Shown: in pieces, positions 14,027-28,635 of the stretch | Layout: the number at the start of each line of letters is the position of its first letter | Position numbering within the stretch: position 1 is the first letter of the stretch | NCBI RefSeq assembly: GCF_009914755.1 | Contig: NC_060939.1 | Source of the DNA: the human T2T-CHM13v2.0 reference genome, Homo sapiens | Reading direction: 5' to 3' (one strand) | Length of the DNA stretch: 64,000 nt | Translations under genes and position numbers: made by a program | Notes under the pieces: model-generated | The model's database searches: none | What the model saw: only the letters and a program-made list of their open reading frames with translations | Told to the model about the DNA's origin: nothing

Positions 14027-14535
14027 GTAGGTCAAAAGTAACATTATGAATGCTATTTCATTTTGATTTAGTTATTATTATTTAATGTAATTATGCTGTG
14101 ACATTTTGGTCATTTTGAATTTACAAACATCAGGAACTTAATAGTTAATTGACAGAAATTAGGACGGGATATCTAGTTTTGGTAAATTCTATGCCCTAGC
14201 AGTTATTTACATTGAGTTCTGTATAATGAATACATAGAGTAACTATATAATAACCCAGTAAGCTCAGCATCACATCCACTCTGTTGTAAGATTGCCTAAT
14301 TTACCAGAGATTTCTCTTTCAACAATATTATAGGAGAAAGAAATTAACACTGACTGAGCATCTACCCTTAATTTTATCTCATTTAATTATTATAACAGTG
14401 CTCTGAAATAGGAATTATCCACATTTTACAAACAAGACAATTAAATCCCATGGAGATTAAATCATTTGGCTCTTGTACTTGGTAAGTAGTGGAGCAATGA
14501 TTTTAAACCAAGTCTATCTCCTGTTTGCTTCACAG

Positions 14536-14581
14536 ATTGCTGAAGCAGAAGAAGACAAGATTAAAAAAACATATCCTCCAG
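14536..14581 (+). CDS. SCG3: SCG3 exon 3 (IAEAEEDKIKKTYPP)
   Basis: cacag| acceptor, G|gtaaaa donor; 46 nt; followed by a 94-nt intron. Confidence 0.97.
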
Positions 14582-14675
14582 GTAAAAAGAAATCATATTG
14601 ATGTTAATTTAAATAATGTAGGCTATGAGAATCTGAACTAAAATGGCTGTGTTGGGTTTGGGGCTATTCTTCCAG

Positions 14676-14891
14676 AAAACAAGCCAGGTCAGAGCAACTA
14701 TTCTTTTGTTGATAACTTGAACCTGCTAAAGGCAATAACAGAAAAGGAAAAAATTGAGAAAGAAAGACAATCTATAAGAAGCTCCCCACTTGATAATAAG
14801 TTGAATGTGGAAGATGTTGATTCAACCAAGAATCGAAAACTGATCGATGATTATGACTCTACTAAGAGTGGATTGGATCATAAATTTCAAG
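14676..14891 (+). CDS. SCG3: SCG3 exon 4 ([10 protein letters not shown]...GLDHKFQ)
   Basis: ttccag| acceptor, G|gtaaat donor; 216 nt; overlaps ORF 14717..14899. Confidence 0.98.
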
Positions 14892-15289
14892 GTAAATGAG
14901 AAAAAAAGAACTTTTTGTTAACGTGGAGTTTCCTATAATGGGTTAAGAGAAAGTCCAATATTTTAAAAATATCTTTTAAACATTCATAATCCTTTATTAG
15001 TCAAGTCCAAAATTGAGATAAAGCATATATTTACTGATAACATGTAGAGCCCCAGCTCCACAGAGTGCCATATTTTATTTTCCCTTTAAAAATTCCTTTA
15101 GTGATGCTCTGAAAACATTTTTTAATCTAGTATTTGTATTTTATGGTATTAAATTCATTTGAACATTCAGATTTATTTTAACAATGAGTACACACAAAAT
15201 ATCATAATTTTCAAATAATTAGATCAGTAAAGTACCCTCCCACCCTGCACAAAAAAGGTGAAATATCCACTATTTCCTTTTCAGTGTTT

Positions 15290-16340
<1,051 letters not shown>

Positions 16341-18135
16341 GAAATAATATATGAGGGAATAAATGAACTGCCATACCTAGGCATTAAGAAGGAAAGTGTG
16401 TTTTTCATTTTTGAGAACCAGTGCTTAGGAGTAAGTACAGGTTTTCTTCCCTGTCCTTATTCTGTTCCATAGCTACAGGAGATTTATGTTGATTATCTCT
16501 GCCAGAAAACAACTGACTATTAAATTGGACTTTCATAGGACATAATAACCTAGGAGTGTTCTGAAGTGTCACGTGTACCTATGAAGTGGGATGGAGGCAA
16601 TGGGTTTATATTTTGACATATATCATATGCCATGCTACTCAGGGAAATTTACTTTTTAAAATCTTGAATTCGACTTTTTTACCTAAAATATTGGGACTAC
16701 AAATAGACACTGATTATAACTGCATACAAAACAGATTCAACCACTTCAACTGAAGTGATCATTTGATTTAATAAAATAGCCTAATATTGAGTTGGCTGGA
16801 TTGGTCAAACTTGTTGTACATGCAGGCAGAGACATAGATCTGTTTTTGATCTGACCGCTAATTTGAGCAACTAATTTTTTAACTGTTCAACATTTTATTA
16901 CCATCCCAAGTATGTTTGGAACTACAAAGTGCTAGTCCTAATGACTTCAGGTTTACCGTAGGAGGTATTAACTCCACTTGAGATCACAGAGAAGACAGGC
17001 CAAGGTTCTTGGAGAAAATGATTTGTGAGTAAGCTTCTGGTCTCCCCTTGTGCTCTGGAAATCCTGAAACCAGAGGGTTTTTGGCCACTAAGTTGAATAG
17101 AACCTCAGATGCATGTAGACTTCATCCCAGAGGGGAAGGTAAAGGAAGCTAACTTCTGCCGGATGTGTTCCCAGACCTACTCTCGCCTTTAGGAAGCTTC
17201 CAAACAGGCTTGTACTATAGGACCCATCAATTCTCCTTTTCAGTGTTTTCTATAGTATGCACAATTTAGGATCTTTCCAAATTTCTCTTATAAAGTAGTG
17301 CTTTGGGGCTCCTGTATGCATTCGAATATTTATTGAGCAATTGCTATGTATTGGACTATGAGGTAGACAATAAACCCTGTGTAGTCAGGGAGCATGCCTA
17401 ACCTTTACATCACTCTATTTCCAGTGTCTGACACATAATAAGACTTTAATTAAAATATATTGAACAAATGAATGTCAAGTGCTATGTTAGATGCTAGGGA
17501 TTCAAAACATAACTGGGCAGATGATGACTTGGGACATGACCCTTTGACATTCACTTAGAATGTTGTGGCTACTTAACAAAAGTTATGTGTTAAACCCATG
17601 TTTGGCTCCCCTCTGGGAGTCTATACATGGAGGGTGAAATACCCCTTCATGAGCAGGAGGGAAGCCATTCTGAGTCATACTATCCATTTTAGAATAGTGA
17701 AGGAAATCAGGGAAAGGTGAGGAGCAATGGTCACACGTTCCACTGTTTACACCATCCAGCAAAGCACTGCTAGGGGAGACCTAAGTTCCTGGCTCAAGAG
17801 AGTACAGCAGTGCAGCAGAGCAAAGACTCTTCAGTGGGTTACTAACATCCTCCCTGTTGTGAAGTAAATGGACTGAAAAACAGTCATCTCAGTTATTTTC
17901 CAGGTCTAGGAGGCAACCAATATTCCTCCTTTTACGGATCCTGAGGGATAGATAAGTGGGAAGGGAAATAAATTCTTCCACCTCTGCATAGACTGGGGCA
18001 GTTTCTGCTCTATGTATTCCTGACAGCCTGACTTGCAATCCGCAAATGGAAAAATCAGACACATAATAGTGAGTCTCTGCTCCTGAAAAATAGATGACGA
18101 TCCAAATTTTCAGCCAGCCAGGAGGAGAACTGATT

Positions 18136-18193
18136 TTATGTTTGTTTGTTTGTTTGTTTGTTTGTTTGTTTGTATGTTTGTTTGTTTGTTTTT
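18136..18193. repeat. (TTTG)n microsatellite
   Basis: Read directly. Confidence 0.95.
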
Positions 18194-18643
18194 CTTAGGG
18201 GCTTTTCTGCTTTTTTGTCTCTCTGGTACTCAGCTCAAAGGGCTCATGGCTCATGGGCTGGCCAACAGCTCAGCAATTTTGTACTGACAGAGAACTTCCA
18301 GTCCTCCATGTATAATTACCCCCACTCATTTTCCTAAGCTTCTTTCCAAACAAGAAAGAGATATTCTGCCTGAGGCTGCATATACCTCTATTTTCATAGA
18401 GTCTGAAAGAAAAGCCACGGGATAAATTCCCTGTCCAAATCCCCAAAACCCATGGAAGAAAAGAGCAGAATCAGAATAGAAATACTAGGCTCTTCTTTCT
18501 TTGAGTGAATATGATGAGGATTGTCTGGGCAGAATCTGGCCGGAGATTCAATTTCCATTTTCTCTAGGAGATAATTGCTGTTCCTTTGTTTCAAAATACA
18601 AATCCACTGTGCATAATAACAATAATACATTAGCTTTCATATA

Positions 18644-18693
18644 TTAGGTTGGTGCAAAAGTAATCGCGGTTTTTGCCATTACTTTTAATGGCA
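18644..18693. mobile_element. MADE1 (Hsmar1 mariner MITE), half copy
   Basis: TA|TTAGGTTGGTGCAAAAGTAATCGCGGTTTTTGCCATTACTTTTAATGGCA. Confidence 0.9.
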
Positions 18694-19728
18694 CAACAAT
18701 CCCATGAAATAGATACCTTGTTAGACTCCTTTACAGTGATCCAAGGATATAGCTAACCAGAGATATCACTGGGGCTAAAATTCTGATCTTTCCAATCTTT
18801 CCAGAGGAAACAGGGAGAATTAAGTGCATTGTAAATTTGATCCATTCAATGTAGTATAGATTGGAGATGACTAATAATTGATTCCTGGAAGATCTCCATG
18901 GATGTGCTACAATGCTTCATTGCCACTAGCCCTTTCCCTCAGGATAGGCCCTTACTTTAGTCTGAAGTTGTATTGCCAAATGTATTCCTAGGAGAGCCAA
19001 GGGAGCATATGAGCATGCTTCTCTGCAAAGATTTACATATTGCTTTGTGCAGATCTGTTGCCATATTTTAAAAGTTTAAATTCCAGGCACATAAACTACA
19101 GTAAGATCCCTGTTCTCTAAGGATGAGTTTTGTCACCTTAAGCTGCCTTTTTTACATAAAGACACTCTAATACAAGTTCAATTAGAAGTAAATATTTATT
19201 TTAGGTGAGTCATAAAATCTTCAGTACACACTGTCTGATTCTGGGTGTGAGGTAGAAGTCCCTGCCCCTACCCCAGGAATTTGCCTGCAAAGGTAGTACA
19301 TGTGGGGATATTACCAAACTATCTATTCCCTGTATGGAACTGGAATATCAAATCATACAATATATAGAAGGGTACATTGAATAATATGACATGCTATATA
19401 AATATGGCATACTATGTTAATAAAAAGTATAATATGGTTTGTATTATTGGTGATAACAATAAATGGAGACTACTTTTCTGTTGCCTTTAGCTTTTCCTTC
19501 CTCTTATAGTCACCTAAGAAAGTTTCAGAATGTCCATTATCATACTAAGTTTTTAACATGAAGACCAATTTTATTTCAAACCAAGGGTTTCTGTGGACCG
19601 AGAACCACCATAAATACATTTCAAACATATCTGAATATACAAAAGCGAAGTACAGATTATAAGTATAATATGATGCATGAAATAGATCTATGATCACTAT
19701 GGTGTGAAGTTGTGGTCGTTCTGTCTAG

Positions 19729-19871
19729 ATGATCCAGATGGTCTTCATCAACTAGACGGGACTCCTTTAACCGCTGAAGACATTGTCCATAAAATCGCTG
19801 CCAGGATTTATGAAGAAAATGACAGAGCCGTGTTTGACAAGATTGTTTCTAAACTACTTAATCTCGGCCTT
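19729..19871 (+). CDS. SCG3: SCG3 exon 5 ([11 protein letters not shown]...SKLLNLGL)
   Basis: gtctag| acceptor, CTT|gtaagt donor; 143 nt. Confidence 0.98.
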
Positions 19872-20687
19872 GTAAGTCATTTGGTAGGAAATAAACCAAA
19901 TTCCTAGTGCAGTTTAGAGTATGCCAAGAAGCCAAGTCACTTGCCTCAAGTAGCCAAGTGTTTATAATGTGTCTTCCTTCTACTAGGACCCGTAGGTTTT
20001 AAGGACAAGCAAAGCACCATTCTTTTTTTTCTAGGAGTTTATCATCCATCAGAAGAACTAGGCAAGTAGACACACGCCCAAAATGCCAGCTGTTTAAAAA
20101 CCATAAGAGCCAGAGAATAGCTTATATCCAACTGGCAGTAAGGAAAGGCTTCAGAGGAAGAGGCGTATGAAGGAAGCTTAGAGGGATGGTTAGGATATAA
20201 CCAGCAGAGGTAAAAGACATGTATGTGACAAAAAAAGAAATAACATGAGCAAAAGCATGTGATGTGTATTTTTGAAACTCCAGGTGATCTAATTTGAATC
20301 CACCTCAGCTTGGCTCTTCTGCCCTGACCTGGCCCTGACAGGCTTTATTAAGATGCTAATTTTGTAGGATGTCAAAGGTTATCTGACTATGACCCAAAGC
20401 TGTGGAGGGGCAATGCTCAGGGTGTTTCTCAAAATATGTGGTCCATGGGTTTCAACAGATAGAACTAACAGCTTGCATGGTGGGCCCGAAGATACTTCTT
20501 CCAGGAGTGCTGAGCAATCCCTATAACAGCCAGCATGTGGTGCAGGCGTAAGTGAGGGCTGTTTGAAAGATGGTTCAGAAGATTCCTCTTTAAAAAATAC
20601 ATGTTTGACTACAGTTTAGTCCACATTATTTTTTAATAACAAGACTGGGAATATAGCAGTTATATATGTTTTGCCTTTTTATGATAG

Positions 20688-20837
20688 ATCACAGAAAGCC
20701 AAGCACATACACTGGAAGATGAAGTAGCAGAGGTTTTACAAAAATTAATCTCAAAGGAAGCCAACAATTATGAGGAGGATCCCAATAAGCCCACAAGCTG
20801 GACTGAGAATCAGGCTGGAAAAATACCAGAGAAAGTG
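20688..20837 (+). CDS. SCG3: SCG3 exon 6 (ITESQAHTLEDE...GKIPEKV)
   Basis: gatag| acceptor, GTG|gtatgt donor; 150 nt. Confidence 0.97.
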
Positions 20838-20865
20838 GTATGTATGTGTATATATGCATATGCAT

Positions 20866-20868
<3 letters not shown>

Positions 20869-20900
<32 letters not shown>
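20869..20900. repeat. (TG)16 microsatellite
   Basis: Read directly, 31 nt after the exon 6 donor. Confidence 0.97.
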
Positions 20901-20907
<7 letters not shown>

Positions 20908-20982
20908 ATCTGTATAATAATTGCCTTACTTGATACCAAAGAAGATTTGAGGTATGTGGCATTTTTAGCCCATTTATATTCA

Positions 20983-21280
20983 GGCCAGACATGTTGGCTC
21001 AAACCTGTAATCCCAGCACTTTGAGAGGCTGAGGTGGGAGTTGAGACCAGGAGTTCAAGACTAGACCTGGCAACATAATGAGACCCCCATCTCTACAAAT
21101 AAAAATAATTAGCTGGGTGTGGTGGCACAAGCTTATAGTCTCAGCTACTCAGGAGGCTGAGAGGAAGATCGCCTGAGGCCAGGTGTTTGAGGTTGCAGTG
21201 AACTATGATTGCACCACTGCATACCGGTCTGGGTGACAGAGTGAGACCCTGTCTCAAAAAATTAATTAATTAATTAATTT
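20983..21280 (+). mobile_element. AluJ
   Basis: Alu dimer with internal deletion. Confidence 0.9.
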
Positions 21281-22304
21281 AAAAATACGTATATACATAA
21301 AATACCAAAAAGTTAAAAGATATAAATGATCTCTACACTGAAAATAATGTAAAGATTATGTTATATTCTATTATTTGGTAAAGATTACATCTTATACCCC
21401 ACAGTAAAATAATACATAATAATATGTGAAGTAACAATATCACATAATAACATCTGTGTGTACAGTCCCAGTGAACTGCAAGCAAACATCTCACAGTTCT
21501 TTTGGTATCCAACATCTGTTCACAGCAGATGTCATCATCTGTGCCCAATCCCCCCACAAAGAAGTGGGTTGACTAGATCTTCTGCTACACCAGCTTTTGT
21601 GTTCCCCAGAGCTAGCTGCCTAATGCTGCCTCTCTGTTCTTGGCAATGCTCTTCCACCTGCTCCTTCCCCTTTTCATTGGTTTAGATGCCTATTTACCCA
21701 GGCTAATTTCATCCTTCCTTCCCTTTGTTGGACTCCTTGCGTCTTCATTTTTTCCTTAGCACCAACCAAGCTGTTGAGATCTTTCTCCCCACCTTGAATT
21801 CTCTTTAAAACTTTAGATGAAACTGACCATAAGGGGATATCAAATTCCTCATCTGTCCTTTGATTTTCCTCTGTAAAGCACCCAGACCCATGGCTCCTCA
21901 TCTCCTCCAGCATCTTATCTCAAATACAAAGACTATAGAGGCTGATGGTTCTGTTTTAGAGAGGAGAGAAAATAGAAATTGGGTCTGGATTTCTTTTTTT
22001 TTTTTACTGGATAGCCTAAAAACTTTCCTCTGCTCTCCTTACTTCCAATCCTCACCAGCTGCCATCTTTTAAAGCAGCTTTTGAAGATTCACCCACTCAA
22101 AAAAAAAGTTCTAGATTTATCAAAAAAAAAACCCTTATGACTTTTGCTCAAGCTTACCAGTCTGAGCTAAAATGGACACAGCTATTTCCATAATTCTTCA
22201 TTCCCATTACATACTCCTATTCACCTATCTCTAAAATGTTCATATGCTTGACCTGTTTACTCATGTTACCTGAATGCATCAATGCAAATAAAACACAAAT
22301 GAAA

Positions 22305-23120
22305 TATTATTTCAACAAATATTTATTGAATACTAACTCTGTACCAAGCACTGGAAATACCATGCCTATTTAAAAAGACATAATCCCTGACTCATGAAGC
22401 TCAAAGTCTAGTGGAAGAGGTAGATCATGTTTAAATCATCATGTATTTTCATTACAATTGCATTAAGTGCTCTGAGGAAAGAAACATGGTTCTATGAGAC
22501 CTCAAAAAAGGAGGCTGACCTGGACTTAGGCTCAGGAAATGCTTCCCTAAGGAAGTAACTTGAGCTGAGAACCGAAGATCAAATAGGAGTTAACTTGTGA
22601 ACATGAGAGGCAGCACATAGAGAAGGATGTGTGGAGTATCCAAGCAACTGAAACAAGCACAGTGTTGCTGGCACAGAAAGAAAGAGCAAAAAGAGAAGAG
22701 ACTGGGGAGGTGGACCCAGGCCAGACCATGCAGCGCCTTATGAGCCATGGATGGACTCTGATCTTTATTGTAAGAACCATGAGAATTTTCTGGTCCCCTG
22801 AAGAATTTTAAGCAAAGGAGTTACATGATCAGATTGTTAAAAAGATAACTCTGGCTATAATGTGGAAACGCAGTATTGGGCATAGATTTGGGGAGGGTGA
22901 TGTTGCAGTTAGCAGGTGAGAAATGAAGGCTGCTTGGACTAGAGTGGCATAGTGGAGGGAGAAATGTGCAAATTTGGGATAAATTTTGAAAGTGGGGCCA
23001 ACAAGGCTACTGATGGATTGGATGGGGGAAAAGGAAGAAGAGGCAAGAAAGGCTGTTAAATTTCTATCTAGTTCACTGAATGGAGAATGAACCATTTACT
23101 AAGATGCAAGTCACTGAACA
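22305..23120 (-). mobile_element. L2
   Basis: ttcaacaaatatttattgaatacta start followed by typical antisense L2 sequence. Confidence 0.75.
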
Positions 23121-23626
23121 AAAACCAGGTCTGAGAGAAAGATTTTGTACACTCATCCAGACAGCACTTAAACTTTACCCAAAAATTCCCAGGTGTGACT
23201 GCTCTGCTAGGGATAGACATTCTAACAGGCTTTCCTGTATCCTGGCACCAGCCCTCCTGGTGGATTCTGTGAACTCAAAGCTTCCCTCTTCATTAAAAGG
23301 CAGTTTTTCCTGGGGAGACTCATGATAATTTATGGAGGTAAACATGGCCAGAGAAAGAGCCCAGAAATTCCCGTTTTTCCCCTGAGCAGGAGCTGGGGTC
23401 TTCAGGGGGTTTTCCCTGAGGTAGAGCACCTTTCCCTGAGCTTCAATGACCTTTTCAAATGACAAGAGCACACATATCTAGAAATGGGTTTGAACCTGCA
23501 GGAGCTTGCAAACGAGGGGGAATTCTTGCACTTCACATTTAAGGGCATCACAAAGGAAGGAATCAAGCTGGAGTTTCACTAGTTCTAACAAAATGTTCAT
23601 TTTTTATTGATTTTTCCCCACTGGAG

Positions 23627-23804
23627 ACTCCAATGGCAGCAATTCAAGATGGTCTTGCTAAGGGAGAAAACGATGAAACAGTATCTAACACATTAACCTT
23701 GACAAATGGCTTGGAAAGGAGAACTAAAACCTACAGTGAAGACAACTTTGAGGAACTCCAATATTTCCCAAATTTCTATGCGCTACTGAAAAGTATTGAT
23801 TCAG
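23627..23804 (+). CDS. SCG3: SCG3 exon 7 (TPMAAIQDG...LLKSIDS)
   Basis: ctggag| acceptor, G|gtaacc donor; 178 nt; phase fits both neighbours. Confidence 0.96.
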
Positions 23805-24184
23805 GTAACCACTGTGTGGTTGTGATTATGTGGAACAGAAAGAGTGATTCCAGGAAATGTATGGGTGTGTTCTTTTCTTCCTGTTTTCAGTTTCCAAATG
23901 TAATCTCCAATGACATACACTGTGGGCTTGGGGAAAAGGGTTCACATCGATTTTTTTTTCCAAAGGAGCATGCCAGTTATGAAAATATTTAGGAAAGGTG
24001 ATGTTTCTGGATAATTTAATCTTCTTGTTAACAGAAGGTTCATTTATTTGTTCAGCAAACAAATACTGAACGTGTGCTATGTACAAGGTGCTGGAAAAGA
24101 CCTAGCACAAAGATGGATATGAACCAGGCAGTGTCCTTGCTCTGACCCAGTTCAACCTCAACTCTTATTGCAACTCTTTTTTTC

Positions 24185-24645
24185 TCAGCTTGATTGAGGT
24201 ATAATTGGCAAACAAATATTGTATATATTTAAGGTGTACAATTTGATGTTTTGGTACATTTATACATTGTGAAATGATTATCACAATGAATCTAACTAGT
24301 GTATCTATCACCTTATAGTTAACATTTTTTTCTTTTTTTTCTTTTATTCTTTTTGTGTGTGTGATGAGAACACTTAAGACCTACCCTCTTAGCTAATTTC
24401 AAGTACACAGTACAGTACTGTTAACTATCACCACCATGCTGTACATTCTCCAGAATGTATTCATCTTGCATAACTGAAATTTCATACCCTTTGACCAACA
24501 CCTCCCCATTTTTCCCTCCCCTTAGCCCTTGGCAACTACCATTCTGCTCTCTTCTTCGATGAGTTTGACTATTTGAGATTCTACATATAAGTGAGATCAT
24601 ACAGTATTTGTCTTTCTTTGCCTGCCTTTTTTTATTAGCATACAT
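24185..24645 (-). mobile_element. L1MA-type 3' end
   Basis: ttgaggtataattg ... atatttaaggtgtaca ... taagtgagatcat. Confidence 0.85.
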
Positions 24646-26159
24646 GTTGTCATACACACACACAAAAGTAGGAAGGAAATCCTTCCATTTGTAACAAATC
24701 TTTCTTTAAAAGGCTCTACTCACTTTCCTTAATGGAAACAGTGTATGAAACCTAATTCATCCTTTTTATATTATTCAAGAGATCTTTATGAACAGTTTCA
24801 GTTTCAGCCTTTATGAACATTTTAACTTCAGAGTCAAAATGGAGAACATTAGACTGAAGGAATCTGGGAACCTCAAACACACTTGGGAAATTATTTGTTT
24901 TTGTTTTTGTTTTTTTAAAGCTAAGTATTTCATGCATCCTGATCTCTTTGCTCATATGTGCAGTGAGTTAACTGAGGATTCAGTCCATGTTTATTTTGGT
25001 TAATCTGCAAGGAGGATAATAATGTGCAATGTTTCTGTTGTTATTGTTCAAACAGATGCTCTGGACTGCCTTCATGGCTTTTTCTTTCCCTGTTCAAGGA
25101 TTCAGTCCCAGATTGAACATTTATATAAAGACTTCTATAATTGTAATCTATTTCTCCCAAGAAGTGACCTTAAAATAAGCTTTCATTTCTGGAGAACATC
25201 CTTTGTGCTTCAATTCCAGACATTGGCCAGATGGCACCGGCCACTCTGCTGGCTCTGCAGGGCTTGTACATCTTGAGGGTCCATTCTGAGCCATCTTGCC
25301 CCATTGGTTGGCAGATGCCCTACTCAGAACCTCTGTCATCCTGGTGAGTCACTTCTCATCAGTGAAGAGCAGCAGCGTGATGCCAAATACTTCTACGGAT
25401 GTGTCCTTGAGCAAATAATGTGATAGCTGAAGTTACTATTTATCAGTTCTTTTCCAAGACCTCTTCCCCTGACTCTTCTCCCATTTTTCCTCCCTCTCAA
25501 CCCATGACTTTATGGCATTTTTAAAAATTCTACTGTATAAAATGTTCCTTACTTGTTTTTATCTTTCCATTTCCCTCACCTCATTTCTTATTGTCTTTAT
25601 TTTTCCATAATTTTAATTTAAATATTTATACTGAGTTCTTTGCTAGCATCTGTCTTTCTTGCCCAGGGTCTCAACCAATTAAGAATGAATAAAGCAGGTA
25701 GGAAACCAAAATATCATCTCTGTTGCTGATAAACACAGGGCTGCAGAACATAGCTTCATGTGAGAGCCAACAGTGGCCTTGTTTGCTCCCTACTCCTCCG
25801 TCTAGATCTTGGAACAGCCAGTCTCAGGGATGATTTGGGTCTGCAGAACAGGCTCGTTTCTCAGGTTCTTGCCTTGCACTGTTCCAGGCAAGTGGAAAAA
25901 AAGAAAGATTCCAAATCCCCACCAGTTGAGAAACATAGGCTAATGGCTGTTGCTTACCAACCATATCTGCGGGGGAGGATGAAGAGGAAGGGGGAAAGGC
26001 TAGGAGTATTTAGAGAAAATCTTTCAGTGGCAGCTCAAAGAATAGGGAAAATGGGTTCCCCCTCTAGCATCTTAGTTTTTCTTTTCTTCAAAAATGGAAA
26101 CAGATTTTTTTTTCTGATTTTAGAATTAATATTTTTTCTGAGCTATTATGGCATCATTA

Positions 26160-26546
<387 letters not shown>

Positions 26547-27079
26547 TTACTTAAAGGGAGTTAGAGGGGATGAGGAAGAGAATATTACTTTCCATTTTTA
26601 TTTACTTTTCAGCAGTTGGAATATTTTTACCATATGCATATATTCTTTCAAATGAAATAAAGATTAAAAGTAACATCTTGTTCAAAAATCAATTTTGTAT
26701 TTATAAACTAGAACTATATATGTTCTTATTTTCAATTAAGAAAATTAAGCTTAATTAATGAATAAAGATTGTTCTTGCCCTCAGAGACTTACCACCTGAG
26801 TAGAGAAAAGTTGTTGGCTTGCCAGTCTTCTACCCTTCCTTTTGAGTTCATGTTACCTCAGGTTGAAAACTGTGTCTTTATCATCTACCCTATTAGCAAA
26901 TATTTTAAATGAAATTAAACTCTTTTGGAGAAGTTATCATTGCCCATGTCCGAAAAAGTTCAGTATAGCTGTATCTTACCCTATATTTCCAATCAAGCTT
27001 AGATTTTTTGTAAGTTAAATATATATGGTTTTAGCTATAAATATAGAGAAAAATATTTCAGTAAAATACTGTAATTAGT

Positions 27080-27263
27080 GCTGGGTGTGGTGGTGTTTAC
27101 CTATAGTTCCAACTTCATGGAAGGATCTCTTGAGTGCAGGAGATTAGTCTGAGACTGTAGTGAGCCATGATCAGACCGGAGAATAGCCACTGCATTCCAG
27201 CCTGGGCCACACAGTGAGACCTCGTCTTTGAAAAAAAAAAAAAACCCAAACAAACAAACAAAA
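27080..27263 (+). mobile_element. FAM-like fossil Alu monomer
   Basis: Monomer retaining the 7SL-derived GAATAGCCACTGCA segment. Confidence 0.7.
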
Positions 27264-27342
27264 AGATGCTGTACTTTATAAATTGACATTGAAAGAGGAA
27301 GCTATCCCCCACAGTTTTAAGTTATTTTGTTCTTTCATATAG

Positions 27343-27459
27343 AAAAAGAAGCAAAAGAGAAAGAAACACTGATTACTATCATGAAAACACTGATTGACTT
27401 TGTGAAGATGATGGTGAAATATGGAACAATATCTCCAGAAGAAGGTGTTTCCTACCTTG
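27343..27459 (+). CDS. SCG3: SCG3 exon 8 ([15 protein letters not shown]...GVSYL)
   Basis: atatag| acceptor, G|gtgaga donor; 117 nt. Confidence 0.98.
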
Positions 27460-27736
27460 GTGAGATTCTATGTGTTTTGTTTCTACTGTGGTGGTTTTCA
27501 TTGTTCAAAGTAAATTAGGGACTTGGCAATAATGACCTCATTAATTTGATAATTTATGCCAAAGCTTTCCAAATCACCAAGAATCGACCAGTTTGATAAT
27601 ATATACAAATAAAATTAACTTTTTCAACTTGTCTTTATAGAACCAGCTTAAGTACAAATATTTCACATTTATTAATTGTCTCATTAGCATTTTCTAATAA
27701 TCTTATGGAGACAATTTTATAAAAATTTGACTCTAG

Positions 27737-28055
27737 GCCAGGTGCGGTGGCTCACACCTGTAATCCCAGCACTTTGGGAAGCTGAGGCAGGCAGATTGCC
27801 TGAGGCCAAGAGTTCGAGACCAGCTTGGCCAACATGGTGAAATGCTATCTCTACAAAAAATACAGAAATTAGCTGGGTATGGTGGTGCATCCCTGTAGTT
27901 CCAGCTACTCAGGAGGCTGAGGCATGAGAATCACTTTGGGCCCAGGAGGCTGAGGTTGCAGTGAGCCAAGATAGGGCCATGGCACTCCAGCCTGGGCCAC
28001 AAAGCAAGACCCTGTCTCAGATAAATAAATAGGAAATAAATAAAATAAAAAGGAA
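27737..28055 (+). mobile_element. Alu (J/S)
   Basis: Full dimer with (AAAT)n tail. Confidence 0.92.
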
Positions 28056-28398
28056 AGAAAAGAGGTTTAATTGGCTCACAGTTCTGCAGGCTGTACAGAA
28101 AGCATGGCACCAGCATCTGCTCGGTGAAGCAACTACTTGTGGCAGAAGGTGAAGTGGGAGCAGGCATGTCACAGCATAAAAGCAAAGGCAAGGGTGGGGG
28201 AGGTGCCACACGCTTTTAAACAATCAGATCTCGTGAGAATTCACTCACTATCGGAGGACAGCACCAAGGAGATGGTGCTAAACCATTGGTGAGAAATCGC
28301 CCCCATGATCCAATCACCTCCCACCAGGCCCCACCTCCAACACTGGGGACTGTATTTCAACATTAGTGTTGGGGGAACAAATATCAAAACTATACCAG
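28056..28398 (-). mobile_element. MSTA/B MaLR LTR, truncated at the Alu
   Basis: agaggtttaattggctcacagttctgcagg ... ccaatcacctcccaccaggcccc ... aactatacca. Confidence 0.85.
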
Positions 28399-28597
28399 AT
28401 AGGGCAATCCAGAATTACTCTGGATGAACCTCATTTTTTTTCTAAATGAAAGTAGTTTTACTGGTTTTTCCTTGACTGTAAAAGAGCATATTTATTTTTA
28501 AAAGTCATTCAATGCAAAAAATCCTAAAAAGAAAGTGAAAATCACTCACAACATCAACACTCTGGTAACATTTTGGTTTATATTCTTCCAGATGTTA

Positions 28598-28600
<3 letters not shown>

Positions 28601-28633
<33 letters not shown>
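28601..28633. repeat. (TG)n microsatellite
   Basis: Read directly. Confidence 0.95.
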
Positions 28634-28635
<2 letters not shown>

